In this document: piece by piece, positions 19,301-28,301 of the stretch | Layout of the letters: every line of letters begins with the position of its first letter | Numbering within the stretch: the stretch's first letter is position 1 | Origin: an uncultured virus (IMG/VR IMGVR_UViG_3300020049_004016) | Taxonomy: Duplodnaviria; Heunggongvirae; Uroviricota; Caudoviricetes | Virus record (IMG/VR): IMGVR_UViG_3300020049_004016 | Direction: 5' to 3' (one strand) | Length of the DNA stretch: 64,000 nucleotides | The notes under the pieces: model-generated | What the model was told of the DNA's origin: nothing | What the model saw: only the letters and a program-made list of their open reading frames with translations | The model's database searches: none | Translations under genes and position numbers: made by a program

Positions 19301-20779
19301 ATGCCCTCTATCAAAGTATCGGAACTTAGCACGGCAGTAACACCTTATGATGGGTCTGAGTATTCACTAGGTATTCAAGATGGTCGTTCTGTAAAAGTAC
19401 CTGTTCCCAATCTTGCGGGAGCTTTAGGCGCTACTTTAATTGGCATAACCCCTAGCGGTACAATATCCGCAAACACAGTGGCGGGGGCGCTTAACGAATT
19501 GGATTTAGAAAAAGCATCGGTGGATAGTGTTAGTTTAAAAGCAAACAGTGCAGATTTAGCCGCAACAACTGGCGCTGGTTTAGTTGGGTTTCAACAAACT
19601 GGCGTAGGTGCAGTAGCTAGAACAGTTGATGATAAATTAAAAGAAGAGTTATCTGTTAAAGATTACACGACATCTTTAGAATATTACAATACTGTAAATA
19701 GTATAACGCCTTCCTTTTGGACGGATGACACGCCCCCTGCTGATGTTGTTGCTATACCAAATAGATTATGGGTTGGAGATGCTGTTAAGCAAAATGGGGC
19801 ATATTCGCCCGAGGCCTATAAATCATGGGTTGGATATTCGGCTAGTGGTTATTTGACTTATTTTGACTCAAGAAGTCAAATGGGGGTTTATAGTAGTTCT
19901 GGAAAAGTTGCAATAGCAGCAGCAACACGTACAAGCGATAGAGGGGAAACAGGTGGGCCAACCATAGGTGTTTCTTCTTACGCTAATAACAATAGTACAA
20001 CAGAAACGGCAGCAAGAGCATGGGCATACTATGGGCATGCTGCAAACGCACAGCCTAACAGTTCCACTTTTGTTGCAGAATTAGCAGTTTGTTCGACTCA
20101 ACCTCACCAATTTGTTACACCTTACGTTACTGGATATGGTAATACAACTGCTTGTATTTGGGCGGCCGTTGGTGGGGAAACAGCCGAAGCTCTTATTGCA
20201 AATGGAGAAGGCGCAACACTAACAAATGTTTCTGCGGGTTTATGTATTGTTAACAGTTCTTACTCCGCAGCTGACAATAGGTTTAATAAAGGGATTGTGG
20301 TTGGCGCAACCGCTGTCCAAGGGACAGATGGTACAACCGGATTTGGTACAGCCATTTCACTAGCAAGGGGACACACTATAGATTGGATGTGCCCTGGAAA
20401 CAACGGATTGGATAGGGGCGCATATATAACATCGTCTTCGACAGTTAGCACAGGTTTTGGTATAAACTTTCAAAATTCAGGTATTTATTTTAATTCAAAT
20501 TCTCGCCTTGCTATTAGTATGGAGGCGGGCTCAGGGACACCAGCTAATTACATTCGTCTGTACCCAGCATCAGCGGGAAACTCTCCTGTATTTGGAGTAG
20601 GTGGTTCAGATACAAATGTTGATTTAACTTTAGGTACCAAAGGGACGGGGGTTATAAAATTAGGTTATGCCGCAACGACAGCAGATACGCCAGCTTCCTT
20701 TTCAGCCACAAAAAGAATTGAAATTAAAGATAGCGCTGGGACAGTTTATTATATTGCTGCTTCAACTACAACTTGGTGA
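19301..20779 (+). CDS. Second tail fibre / receptor-binding protein
   Basis: Shares GAGLVGFQQTGVGAVARTVDDKLKEELSV N-module and DLTLGTKGTG..IKDSAG C-module with 15287..17380. Confidence 0.75.
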   Translation: MPSIKVSELSTAVTPYDGSEYSLGIQDGRSVKVPVPNLAGALGATLIGITPSGTISANTVAGALNELDLEKASVDSVSLKANSADLAATTGAGLVGFQQTGVGAVARTVDDKLKEELSVKDYTTSLEYYNTVNSITPSFWTDDTPPADVVAIPNRLWVGDAVKQNGAYSPEAYKSWVGYSASGYLTYFDSRSQMGVYSSSGKVAIAAATRTSDRGETGGPTIGVSSYANNNSTTETAARAWAYYGHAANAQPNSSTFVAELAVCSTQPHQFVTPYVTGYGNTTACIWAAVGGETAEALIANGEGATLTNVSAGLCIVNSSYSAADNRFNKGIVVGATAVQGTDGTTGFGTAISLARGHTIDWMCPGNNGLDRGAYITSSSTVSTGFGINFQNSGIYFNSNSRLAISMEAGSGTPANYIRLYPASAGNSPVFGVGGSDTNVDLTLGTKGTGVIKLGYAATTADTPASFSATKRIEIKDSAGTVYYIAASTTTW

Positions 20780-20788
20780 TTATTTGAT

Positions 20789-20947
20789 ATGTACACATTA
20801 GAATTTACAGAACAACAGTTGTTAATACTTAACCAAGCATTGCAAGAGTTGCCATTCAAATTAGCAGCGCCTTTGTTTGAAAGTATTAATAAGCAAATAA
20901 AAGAATTAGAGTCTAAATCCCTTTTTGAGGAAAAAAACAATGGCTAA
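20789..20947 (+). CDS. Small protein following the fibre (possible chaperone; not in track)
   Basis: MYTLEFTEQQLLILNQALQELPFKLAAPLFESINKQ. Confidence 0.55.
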   Translation: MYTLEFTEQQLLILNQALQELPFKLAAPLFESINKQIKELESKSLFEEKNNG

Positions 20948-21107
20948 ACAAAGTAACACGAAAGAAGCAATCGACTCATCAAACCCTAAGTCTGTACCTG
21001 TACCAAACTCTTCAGGTTATCCGCAAACGGGCACTAAAACCTCCGGTGTGGTGACACGCGGCAATGGTTGTGCGACTAAAGGGAAAACGGCTCGTGGCCC
21101 GTTATAA
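20940..21107 (+). CDS. Small basic protein
   Basis: RBS GAGG before ATG 20940; VTRGNGCATKGKTARGP resembles the C-termini of 14625 and 15007. Confidence 0.55.
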   Translation: MAKQSNTKEAIDSSNPKSVPVPNSSGYPQTGTKTSGVVTRGNGCATKGKTARGPL

Positions 21108-21110
21108 CCG

Positions 21111-21779
21111 ATGACGTACAATGAACTTAAGCAAGCGATTCAAGATTTCTCAGAGTCCTATGAACCCTCGTTCATAGCGAACCTAGATCTCTTCATCGAG
21201 CAGTGCGAGAAGCGCGTCTATAACTCGGTACAGATACCTGTACTGAGAAAGAACGTGATGGGTGCTATGACAACCTCTAATAAGTATTTGTCTTGCCCTG
21301 ACGACTTTCTGTCTGTGTATTCTATCGCGGTGGTTAACAGTACCGGTGACTATAGTTATCTGTTAGACAAAGATGTCAGCTACATGCGTGAGGCGTATCC
21401 TAGACCGACTGATGTCGGTCTGCCCAAATATTATGGGATCTTCGGTCCGCAATCATCTAACTTATCCGAACTGTCTATCATCTTAGCGCCTACCCCTAAT
21501 GCGAATTATCCGGTCGAGTTGCATTACTACTACTACCCAGAGTCAATAACAACTGCGTCTTCAGGCACCACATGGTTAAGCGATAACTATGATCCCGTGC
21601 TATTATATGGGTCATTACGCGAGGCGATCATCTATATGAAAGGTGAGCAAGATATGGTGGGTTACTACGAACAAAAGTTTCAAGAAGCTCTCGCTCAACT
21701 CAAACGCCTATGCGACGGACTAGAGAGAGGCGACGCTTATCGTGAAGGTCAAACTAAAATACCACTTAAAGCATTATAA
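21111..21779 (+). CDS. Phage adaptor / head-completion protein
   Basis: MTYNELKQAIQD...GLPKYY...LAPTP...ELHYYYYP...LLYGSLREA. Confidence 0.7.
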   Translation: MTYNELKQAIQDFSESYEPSFIANLDLFIEQCEKRVYNSVQIPVLRKNVMGAMTTSNKYLSCPDDFLSVYSIAVVNSTGDYSYLLDKDVSYMREAYPRPTDVGLPKYYGIFGPQSSNLSELSIILAPTPNANYPVELHYYYYPESITTASSGTTWLSDNYDPVLLYGSLREAIIYMKGEQDMVGYYEQKFQEALAQLKRLCDGLERGDAYREGQTKIPLKAL

Positions 21780-21791
21780 CAGGACATACAC

Positions 21792-22214
21792 ATGGCAGCT
21801 TTTGCAAAATATAACTCAGGTGTTGAAGCACTGGTTGAAGGGATTAATGCAGGTTCAGACACTTGGAAAATAGCATTAACAAACAGAACACCTGTACCCT
21901 CAACAGATGCTGTACTTGCAGATATTAGCGACCTGCCCACTGCTGGCGGTTATACCGCGGGTGGTAATGCGTGTTCTGTAACAAGCTCTGCTCAAACATC
22001 AGGCACTTACAAATTAGTCTTAGCCTCACCTGCGACATGGACAGCTTCGGGTGTAGGCTTTACTTTTAGATATGCGGTTCTTTACGATGTAACAGCCAGC
22101 AATGCGCTGGTCGGTTATTGGGATTATGGTTCTTCTATTGTAATGAGCGGAACGAATGGTGATACGTTTACCGTCACATTGGATGGTTCTCAAGGGGTGT
22201 TTTCAGTTTCCTAG
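21792..22214 (+). CDS. Virion structural protein
   Basis: DTWKIAL...GGYTAGG...FRYAVLYD...LVGYWDYG. Confidence 0.65.
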   Translation: MAAFAKYNSGVEALVEGINAGSDTWKIALTNRTPVPSTDAVLADISDLPTAGGYTAGGNACSVTSSAQTSGTYKLVLASPATWTASGVGFTFRYAVLYDVTASNALVGYWDYGSSIVMSGTNGDTFTVTLDGSQGVFSVS

Positions 22215-22806
22215 GAGTTTTAAACACAGCATCTTTTGGATTCCAACCAAAATTTAATCTGTTGGTGATTGTGGTTATATTTATACCGGATAATCTTGAC
22301 CAATCTGAAACGCATTTGGTTTCATTATCAATTGTTATATAACGCGTTGTTTTACGAGATAAACATATCTCTCTCATTGTTTTAGCAACAGGTGTGTTTA
22401 TTAAATCATCGTGTGACCATCCATGATTTAATCTGTAACTAAGAGTCGATTGAGGGACATTGAGTTCATTTGCCCATTCTTGTAAACATTGGGATTTATT
22501 GTTAGCAGTTATAATTGTGTTGTTACGTTTATTTTGAGCTTGCTCTTTTAGAGAAGCCCATCTACAATTAGAAGGAGAATAGCCTGATGAATTATCGATT
22601 CTATCCAAGGTATGGTTTAAAGGGCGTTCACCCATATCAGATAAAAAGTTTTCAAAAAATAACCAAGGTTCGTAAACAGTAATTCCACGACCACCATATA
22701 AATGATAATGGCTGTTTTTTGTATTATTACATCTAGCTTTCATAGCATACCAACTTCCATAAGTTGGCGTAGGAGAATTATTTTTAGTATGACCATGTGT
22801 TTTCAT
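22174..22806 (-). CDS. HNH homing endonuclease inserted antisense in the late operon
   Basis: TYGSWYAMKARC...YGGRGITV...FENFLSDMGERP..TLDRIDN..GYSPSNCRWA..EQAQN, plus two repeated DNA-binding modules; likely start MKTHGH at 22806. Confidence 0.88.
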   Translation of the reverse strand: MKTHGHTKNNSPTPTYGSWYAMKARCNNTKNSHYHLYGGRGITVYEPWLFFENFLSDMGERPLNHTLDRIDNSSGYSPSNCRWASLKEQAQNKRNNTIITANNKSQCLQEWANELNVPQSTLSYRLNHGWSHDDLINTPVAKTMREICLSRKTTRYITIDNETKCVSDWSRLSGINITTITNRLNFGWNPKDAVFKTPRKLKTPLENHPM

Positions 22807-22878
22807 GTAAAAGCCTTTTTCAAATAAAAATAGGGTAACATGATAATGATTAAAATACAAACTTAATAGAGAATAATT

Positions 22879-24639
22879 ATGACTCTCGTCTTCGCAGATT
22901 TAGTTCAAGAAACTACCAGCACAACGGGTGCCGGTACGCTGACGCTTAGCGGTGCAGTATCTGGCTTTCAAAGTTTTGCCGCTATTGGAAACACCAATAC
23001 GACTTATTACCGTATCAAAAGCGGGTTAGACTCCGAGGTGGGTATTGGTACGTATACCTTATCAGGAACTACACTAAGTCGTGACACCGTACTCTACTCG
23101 TCTGCTGGGGGCACAACTAAAATCACAGTAGCCACCGGCGCAACCGTGTCTTGTGTTTATCCTGCCGAACGGGCTGTTTATCTTGACGCGGTTGGTAACT
23201 TAGGCGTAGGTGGAGCATCTGCTGTTAATAAACTGACTGTTGCTGACACAGTATTGGCAACAGGCTCTGGAGCAGGTTCTTTAGTTGATCTGAGCCAGAC
23301 TTGGAACAATGCGGCAGGTAATCCGACCGCGATTAAACTTAATGTGACTAATAGCCAAAGTGGTTCTACAGCTAAGTTGATGGACTTGCAAGTTGGTGGA
23401 GAAAGTAAGTTTAGCGTGAGCAAGACTGGTAATATTAATTTTGGTTCAACTTCTACTCAGTCACTTATTGATGGAGTAAGTAACGGTGTTGGTAATGAGT
23501 TAATAATAGGTAGTATCGTTAGTGGTGTAGGTATAAAAAATAATGTGTTTATGAAAACAAATTATTTACAAATGTATCTCAATTCATTTTTTGGTTGGAG
23601 TGTAGATCCAAGATTGAACACTGGTGATTTAACTCTATACAGAGACGCAGCCAGCACCCTCGCTCAACGTAACTCAACCAACTCACAAACTTTCAGGCTT
23701 TATAATACTTACACGGATGCCAGTAACTATGAAAGATCAGCATTAAGCTTTGTCACCTACAGTGGTGCTTTATACACCAAACTAGCAGCAGAATCTGCCG
23801 GTACAGGTGCAGCTAATATTGGTATTGCATTATCCCCAAAAGGTACAGGTGCTATCACTGCTCAAGTGCCGGATGGAACAGTTGCGGGTGGTAATGCAAG
23901 GGGTGCTAATAGTGTTGATTTGCAGACTTTAAGAGATGCAAATACTCAAGTAGCTGGTGGGATTTATAGTGCGGTTTTAAGTGGTAAGGCTAATAAAGCA
24001 ACAGGGACTTGGAGTGTTGTTGTAGGCGGTGCTTACTGTGAATCGATTGGTGCAAACTCTTTGACCGGTGGAGCTTATTGTACCGCAGATGGTCAATCAC
24101 AATTTTCAATAGCTTATGGTTCTGCTTGTTCACTTGTTAACGCTTCTTATGGTGGTGCATTTGGACTTAGGGGTACTGCTAATAAACGAGGTCAATTTGC
24201 TTTTGGTATAGGTGCATTTGCAATAGCGGGAGATATGCAATATTCCTATTTAGGATTTGCAGGTGCAACTACAACTGCAACTACAACTGAAATATTCTTA
24301 GTAAATAGTGCAGGCGATAGAGCAACTATCCCAAACTCAACAACTTGGGCAGCCGACATAGATATAGTTGCACGCTCATCAGGCGGTACTGAAAATGCCT
24401 ACTTCAAAAGAAGATTAGTTGTTAAAAAAGGAACAACTGCGGCAAGTACAGCCTTAGTTGGTACAGTTCAAACGGTCGGTACTGATATAGGTACTACTGA
24501 TATGCTAGCAATAGCAACTCCAATAACTCTAACAGCCAATACGACTAACGGTGCAATGAAACTGGAAGTAACAGGGTTAGCAGCTACAAACATAAGATGG
24601 GTCGCTAAAGTCTCTTTAGTTGAAGTCGGTTTCGCATAA
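22879..24639 (+). CDS. Third tail fibre protein
   Basis: MTLVFADLVQETTSTTGAGTLTL N-terminus; GGNARGANSVDLQ; Gly/Ala/Ser-rich repeats. Confidence 0.75.
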   Translation: MTLVFADLVQETTSTTGAGTLTLSGAVSGFQSFAAIGNTNTTYYRIKSGLDSEVGIGTYTLSGTTLSRDTVLYSSAGGTTKITVATGATVSCVYPAERAVYLDAVGNLGVGGASAVNKLTVADTVLATGSGAGSLVDLSQTWNNAAGNPTAIKLNVTNSQSGSTAKLMDLQVGGESKFSVSKTGNINFGSTSTQSLIDGVSNGVGNELIIGSIVSGVGIKNNVFMKTNYLQMYLNSFFGWSVDPRLNTGDLTLYRDAASTLAQRNSTNSQTFRLYNTYTDASNYERSALSFVTYSGALYTKLAAESAGTGAANIGIALSPKGTGAITAQVPDGTVAGGNARGANSVDLQTLRDANTQVAGGIYSAVLSGKANKATGTWSVVVGGAYCESIGANSLTGGAYCTADGQSQFSIAYGSACSLVNASYGGAFGLRGTANKRGQFAFGIGAFAIAGDMQYSYLGFAGATTTATTTEIFLVNSAGDRATIPNSTTWAADIDIVARSSGGTENAYFKRRLVVKKGTTAASTALVGTVQTVGTDIGTTDMLAIATPITLTANTTNGAMKLEVTGLAATNIRWVAKVSLVEVGFA

Positions 24640-24648
24640 GGATAAACA

Positions 24649-25287
24649 ATGACATTATTAGAAGAAATAAATACAGGCTCATTAGCCGAAGAACTCGCAC
24701 CTTTGGTCACGGCAAATGACTATCGGGGAATTGATAATGCACTTAACCGCAAAGACATCGTAACGGCTGGAAGTATTACGGTGAACAAGTTTGCCATTTG
24801 GTGCGCAGAGACTGGCATGCGGGCGGCTATTAATGACCAAGCTTCTACGCCTGCAAGCCCGTTGCGTTCTATTGCTCTGACGTTGCTCGACTTGCTACAA
24901 GGTAATCTAACACCCGCCTCGCTAGATTTATCTATCCAGCAAAACGTGGATATGCTCCATGCTTGGGTGTTAGCTGGTTTACTGACTACCGCACAGGAAC
25001 AAGAGTTAATTACTTTAAGCCAAACATTAATCTCAAGAGCCGAACAAATCGGCTTAACCGTTGATGCTAACCTAGTCGCTCAGGCGTTAGGTTATGTGCC
25101 TTCACCGAGTTTAATAGCCACTAACGATGATTACTTAGTCTTTGTGATTAACGGGGCGCTACAGTCTTATATGTCACAATACAACCAAGCAACACCGGAA
25201 GATGGCCTGACAGCGGCACGGGTGGCTTATAACGAGAGTATTAACCCGACTATTCCTGATCCAGTACCCGCACCTGAAGTTATCTAA
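24649..25287 (+). CDS. Hypothetical protein (fibre-associated)
   Basis: RBS AAGGA; ISRAEQIGL motif; follows a fibre gene. Confidence 0.55.
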   Translation: MTLLEEINTGSLAEELAPLVTANDYRGIDNALNRKDIVTAGSITVNKFAIWCAETGMRAAINDQASTPASPLRSIALTLLDLLQGNLTPASLDLSIQQNVDMLHAWVLAGLLTTAQEQELITLSQTLISRAEQIGLTVDANLVAQALGYVPSPSLIATNDDYLVFVINGALQSYMSQYNQATPEDGLTAARVAYNESINPTIPDPVPAPEVI

Positions 25288-25700
25288 TGTTTGCGCAATC
25301 GGGGTTTGCTGATCTACCGTTTACAGGTGCGATACCTCCGGTAATCTATTCCCTAACAGGGGACGCAGGTGCGTATAACTATACAGGTATAGCAGCGAGC
25401 TTTGCACTTAGCAAAAAGCTAATCGCTTCTGCTGGAACATACAGTTACACAGGAAACGCAGCGACCTTAACCTATGTTTCTGGTCAAGCGGGTATCGATT
25501 ATACTTTACTTGGCGGTGCAGGCGCATATCTGTATACTGGTGGTAACGCCACTTTTGAGTATGTGTTACGCGGTTGGCATCCTGTTGATACCACACAAAC
25601 CACCAATTGGGGCATAGTAGAAACTATTCAAATACCAACCTGGAATGTTTTAGAAACTACTCAAATAACAACTTGGCAGAAAATAGATACTAAACAATAA
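25287..25700 (+). CDS. Hypothetical virion protein
   Basis: Three AGAYxYTG repeats and Trp-spaced C-terminal repeats. Confidence 0.55.
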   Translation: MFAQSGFADLPFTGAIPPVIYSLTGDAGAYNYTGIAASFALSKKLIASAGTYSYTGNAATLTYVSGQAGIDYTLLGGAGAYLYTGGNATFEYVLRGWHPVDTTQTTNWGIVETIQIPTWNVLETTQITTWQKIDTKQ

Positions 25701-25710
25701 GGGTATAACT

Positions 25711-25908
25711 ATGAAAGAATTTATGTTAGCTCGATTAGAAGAAGCTTCTACATGGCGGTCTATGATATGGGTGTTAACAAGTTTTGGTTTGGTTGCATTT
25801 AAAGGTGAGCAAGCAGAAGCGATTGTTGCGTTGGGTATGTGTCTCGCTGGCGGTGTTGGTATTGCTGCCCCTGACAAGTTGTTCAAACGCACTGATACAA
25901 AACTGTAA
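25711..25908 (+). CDS. Probable holin
   Basis: 65 aa; ARLEEASTWRS followed by two hydrophobic segments; basic tail. Confidence 0.6.
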   Translation: MKEFMLARLEEASTWRSMIWVLTSFGLVAFKGEQAEAIVALGMCLAGGVGIAAPDKLFKRTDTKL

Positions 25909-25999
25909 AGTAAGACCTGCTATAATATCACCTATAGGCTGGACTAACACCACTGTTGATGGTGGACAAATGACACTCTCTTGTAAGGTATGGGAATAA
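25784..25999 (+). CDS. Lipoprotein overlapping the holin gene (Rz1/o-spanin-like); start uncertain
   Basis: Basic n-region, VSLAVLVLLP h-region and lipobox LTSC; fills the otherwise empty 25909-25990 gap. Confidence 0.5.
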   Translation: MVWLHLKVSKQKRLLRWVCVSLAVLVLLPLTSCSNALIQNCKVRPAIISPIGWTNTTVDGGQMTLSCKVWE

Positions 26000-26238
26000 T
26001 GACTATAAAACCGATTGTAATAAGTTCAGCCGCGAAGTTAATCTTAGGTACAACCCTTTGGACTAATGTTCGTCATCTTGTGTCGTCTATCGATACAAAC
26101 AAAAACTTAACAGGCGCTGAGAAACGAGCCTCTGTGCTTGCTGATTTACGGGCTATCGCTGGTGAGGTTAGCACAGTCTTATTAAACTGCGCTATCGAGA
26201 TCGCTACGCTTTGGGTTAGAAGCTTAACCGTTAAATAA
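25990..26238 (+). CDS. Hypothetical lysis-cluster protein
   Basis: LTGAEKR...LLNCAIEIA pattern. Confidence 0.5.
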   Translation: MGIMTIKPIVISSAAKLILGTTLWTNVRHLVSSIDTNKNLTGAEKRASVLADLRAIAGEVSTVLLNCAIEIATLWVRSLTVK

Positions 26239-26247
26239 GGATACAAC

Positions 26248-27312
26248 ATGCCAAGCACTTATTCCCCCTCGTTACGTTTAGAGCTTATTGGTAACGGTGA
26301 ACAAGCGGGTAGTTGGGGTACGACTACTAATAAAAATTTAGGTACGTTATTAGAACAATCAATCGCTGGCGTAAAAGCGATAACAATGTTCAACGCTACC
26401 TATACGCTATCCGCATTAAGCGGTGTTACTGACGAAGCTAGACAAGCAGTTCTTGTTGTTAGTGGAACTAATTCAGCTATTCGTGCAGTTGTAGCGCCTT
26501 TGGCCGTAAAGACTTATACGATTGTTAACAATACAAGTGGTGGGTTTGCTATAACCATCGGTGCAGTCAGTGGTGCAGTTGTTACTGTCCCTAGCGGTGC
26601 TACGATGAACGTATACTGTGACGGTACCAAGTTTGTAGAGGCCAAACCTTATAGCGCTACAGTGGCGGCTGGTTTATCTACAACACTTGCGGTAACTTCT
26701 GGCGGCACAGGTGTAACCACTAGCACAGGATCTGGAGCAACGGTCCGTTCTATTACACCCACATTGGTAACGCCTCTGTTAGGTACGCCAACTTCTGGGG
26801 TATTAACAAACTGTACAGGTCTCCCTATAGCTACAGGTATTACTGGCGCAGCTGCTGGTGCAGCTACGTTTTTAACAACGCCTACCAGTGCTAATTTAAA
26901 AGCTTTAGTTACAGACGAAGTAGGTTCAGGTGCATTGGTATTTGCCACATCACCAACCTTAGTCACTCCTGTCTTAGGAACACCAGCCTCTGGTGTGTTA
27001 ACCAACTGTACAGGTAAGAATTTATGTAAAGCGTTTGTTGCCTTTGATGGTAACACAGGAACGATAATATCCTCACTCAACGTAACCAGCGTAACAAGAT
27101 CGGGTGTGGGTATTTATGTGGTCAACATGACCACTGCATTAGCAAGCACAGCGTACACGATTGTTACCGGATATGATGATGCGTCTGGACAATCAAACAC
27201 TATAAATGCAGGAACCACAAGGACAGTATCGAGTTTTAATATGGGTTGCGCAAATTCAAATAGCGGAGCAAATAGAGATGCCGATTACATTACCGCTGCT
27301 GTTTTTGCATAG
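26248..27312 (+). CDS. Tail fibre protein
   Basis: MPSTYSPSLRLELIGNGEQAGSWGTTTN N-terminus; duplicated PTLVTPxLGTPxSGVLTNCTG; KAFVAFDG..NVTSVTRSGVGIYVVNM knob. Confidence 0.75.
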   Translation: MPSTYSPSLRLELIGNGEQAGSWGTTTNKNLGTLLEQSIAGVKAITMFNATYTLSALSGVTDEARQAVLVVSGTNSAIRAVVAPLAVKTYTIVNNTSGGFAITIGAVSGAVVTVPSGATMNVYCDGTKFVEAKPYSATVAAGLSTTLAVTSGGTGVTTSTGSGATVRSITPTLVTPLLGTPTSGVLTNCTGLPIATGITGAAAGAATFLTTPTSANLKALVTDEVGSGALVFATSPTLVTPVLGTPASGVLTNCTGKNLCKAFVAFDGNTGTIISSLNVTSVTRSGVGIYVVNMTTALASTAYTIVTGYDDASGQSNTINAGTTRTVSSFNMGCANSNSGANRDADYITAAVFA

Positions 27313-27321
27313 GTGCAGACA

Positions 27322-27762
27322 ATGAATATTATTTGGAAAAAACCGGATCTAAGTTTAGCGATAACGTCTGTCAGTAATGTGGACAACATACAAACGTATG
27401 CCGAACAGTTAAAAACATGGGGTATTATCCCTACTGATTGGATAGCGCTTGGATTTAATATACAAATACCAACCTCTGAATCTCCAGAGAATTGGCTGTT
27501 TAGCAATGGTGTTATCACTGTTAATCCTGTTAAACAAACAGTCATTCCGAGTATAACCATGCGTCAAGCACGGCTTGCTCTTTTATCGTATGGGTTGCTT
27601 GATGATGTTGAGATGCTGATCGTACAACCTAATGATAAAATTTGGTGGGAGTATTCTCCAACCGTAGAACGTAATAACAGTTTAGTCATCCAAGTGTTAA
27701 CCGCACTTGGTAAGTCTTCAGCACAAATAGATGAGATGTTCATCCAAGCGGCACTGCTCTAA
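27322..27762 (+). CDS. Tail fibre assembly chaperone-like protein
   Basis: SITMRQARLALL...WWEYS..VERNNSLV..LGKSSAQIDEMFIQAA. Confidence 0.65.
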   Translation: MNIIWKKPDLSLAITSVSNVDNIQTYAEQLKTWGIIPTDWIALGFNIQIPTSESPENWLFSNGVITVNPVKQTVIPSITMRQARLALLSYGLLDDVEMLIVQPNDKIWWEYSPTVERNNSLVIQVLTALGKSSAQIDEMFIQAALL

Positions 27763-28298
27763 TGGAAGCCAACTTTGCTCCGGCACTGCGACACGTCCTG
27801 ATTAAGGAAGCTGGGTTTCAAGATGATCCTCGTGATCGAGGAAACCGATTACCGGATGGGCGTGAAGGGTGTACCAACCTAGGTGTTACGCAAGCGGTTT
27901 GGGAATCTTTTGTTGGTCACCCTGTGTCTAGAGATGATATGAAACGCTTAAACACTGAGCGAGTCTCTCGGCTGTATAAACACAAGTATTGGAATTCGGT
28001 ACGTGGAGATGATTTACCTAGCGGCATTGATTATATGGTATTTGACTTCGGTGTAAACGCAGGACCAGGACGAGCAATAAAACTTCTTCAGTCTGTCGTT
28101 GGTACAACTGTTGATGGTGCTATCGGTCCGAAGACACTTGACGCTGTTAAAAAACTACCAATTGAAACACTCATGGTAGAATACACACAAGCGAAAGAAG
28201 ATTACTATAAGTCTTGTGTTGAGTTCCCAATATATGGTAGAGGTTGGTTGGCTCGAAACGCAGAGGCTAAGAATATAGCAAGCACCCTAATAGGATAG
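27762..28298 (+). CDS. Endolysin, glycoside hydrolase family 108 with peptidoglycan-binding domain
   Basis: KEAGFQDDPRD..G..TNLGVT; YW..GDDLPSGIDYMVFDFGVNAGPGRAIKLLQ; VDGAIGPKTL; YGRGWLAR. Confidence 0.9.
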   Translation: MEANFAPALRHVLIKEAGFQDDPRDRGNRLPDGREGCTNLGVTQAVWESFVGHPVSRDDMKRLNTERVSRLYKHKYWNSVRGDDLPSGIDYMVFDFGVNAGPGRAIKLLQSVVGTTVDGAIGPKTLDAVKKLPIETLMVEYTQAKEDYYKSCVEFPIYGRGWLARNAEAKNIASTLIG

Positions 28299-28301
28299 AT
28301 T

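Noticed and set aside
26248..27312. Diversity-generating retroelement suggested by an internal repeat in the fibre gene
   Set aside because: No reverse transcriptase in the window; the repeat is an in-frame peptide duplication
27310..27321. Amber recoding or readthrough fusing the fibre and chaperone genes
   Set aside because: TAG is a normal stop for the capsid, adaptor, endolysin and nozzle genes; no suppressor tRNA seen; ATG 27322 explains the downstream gene
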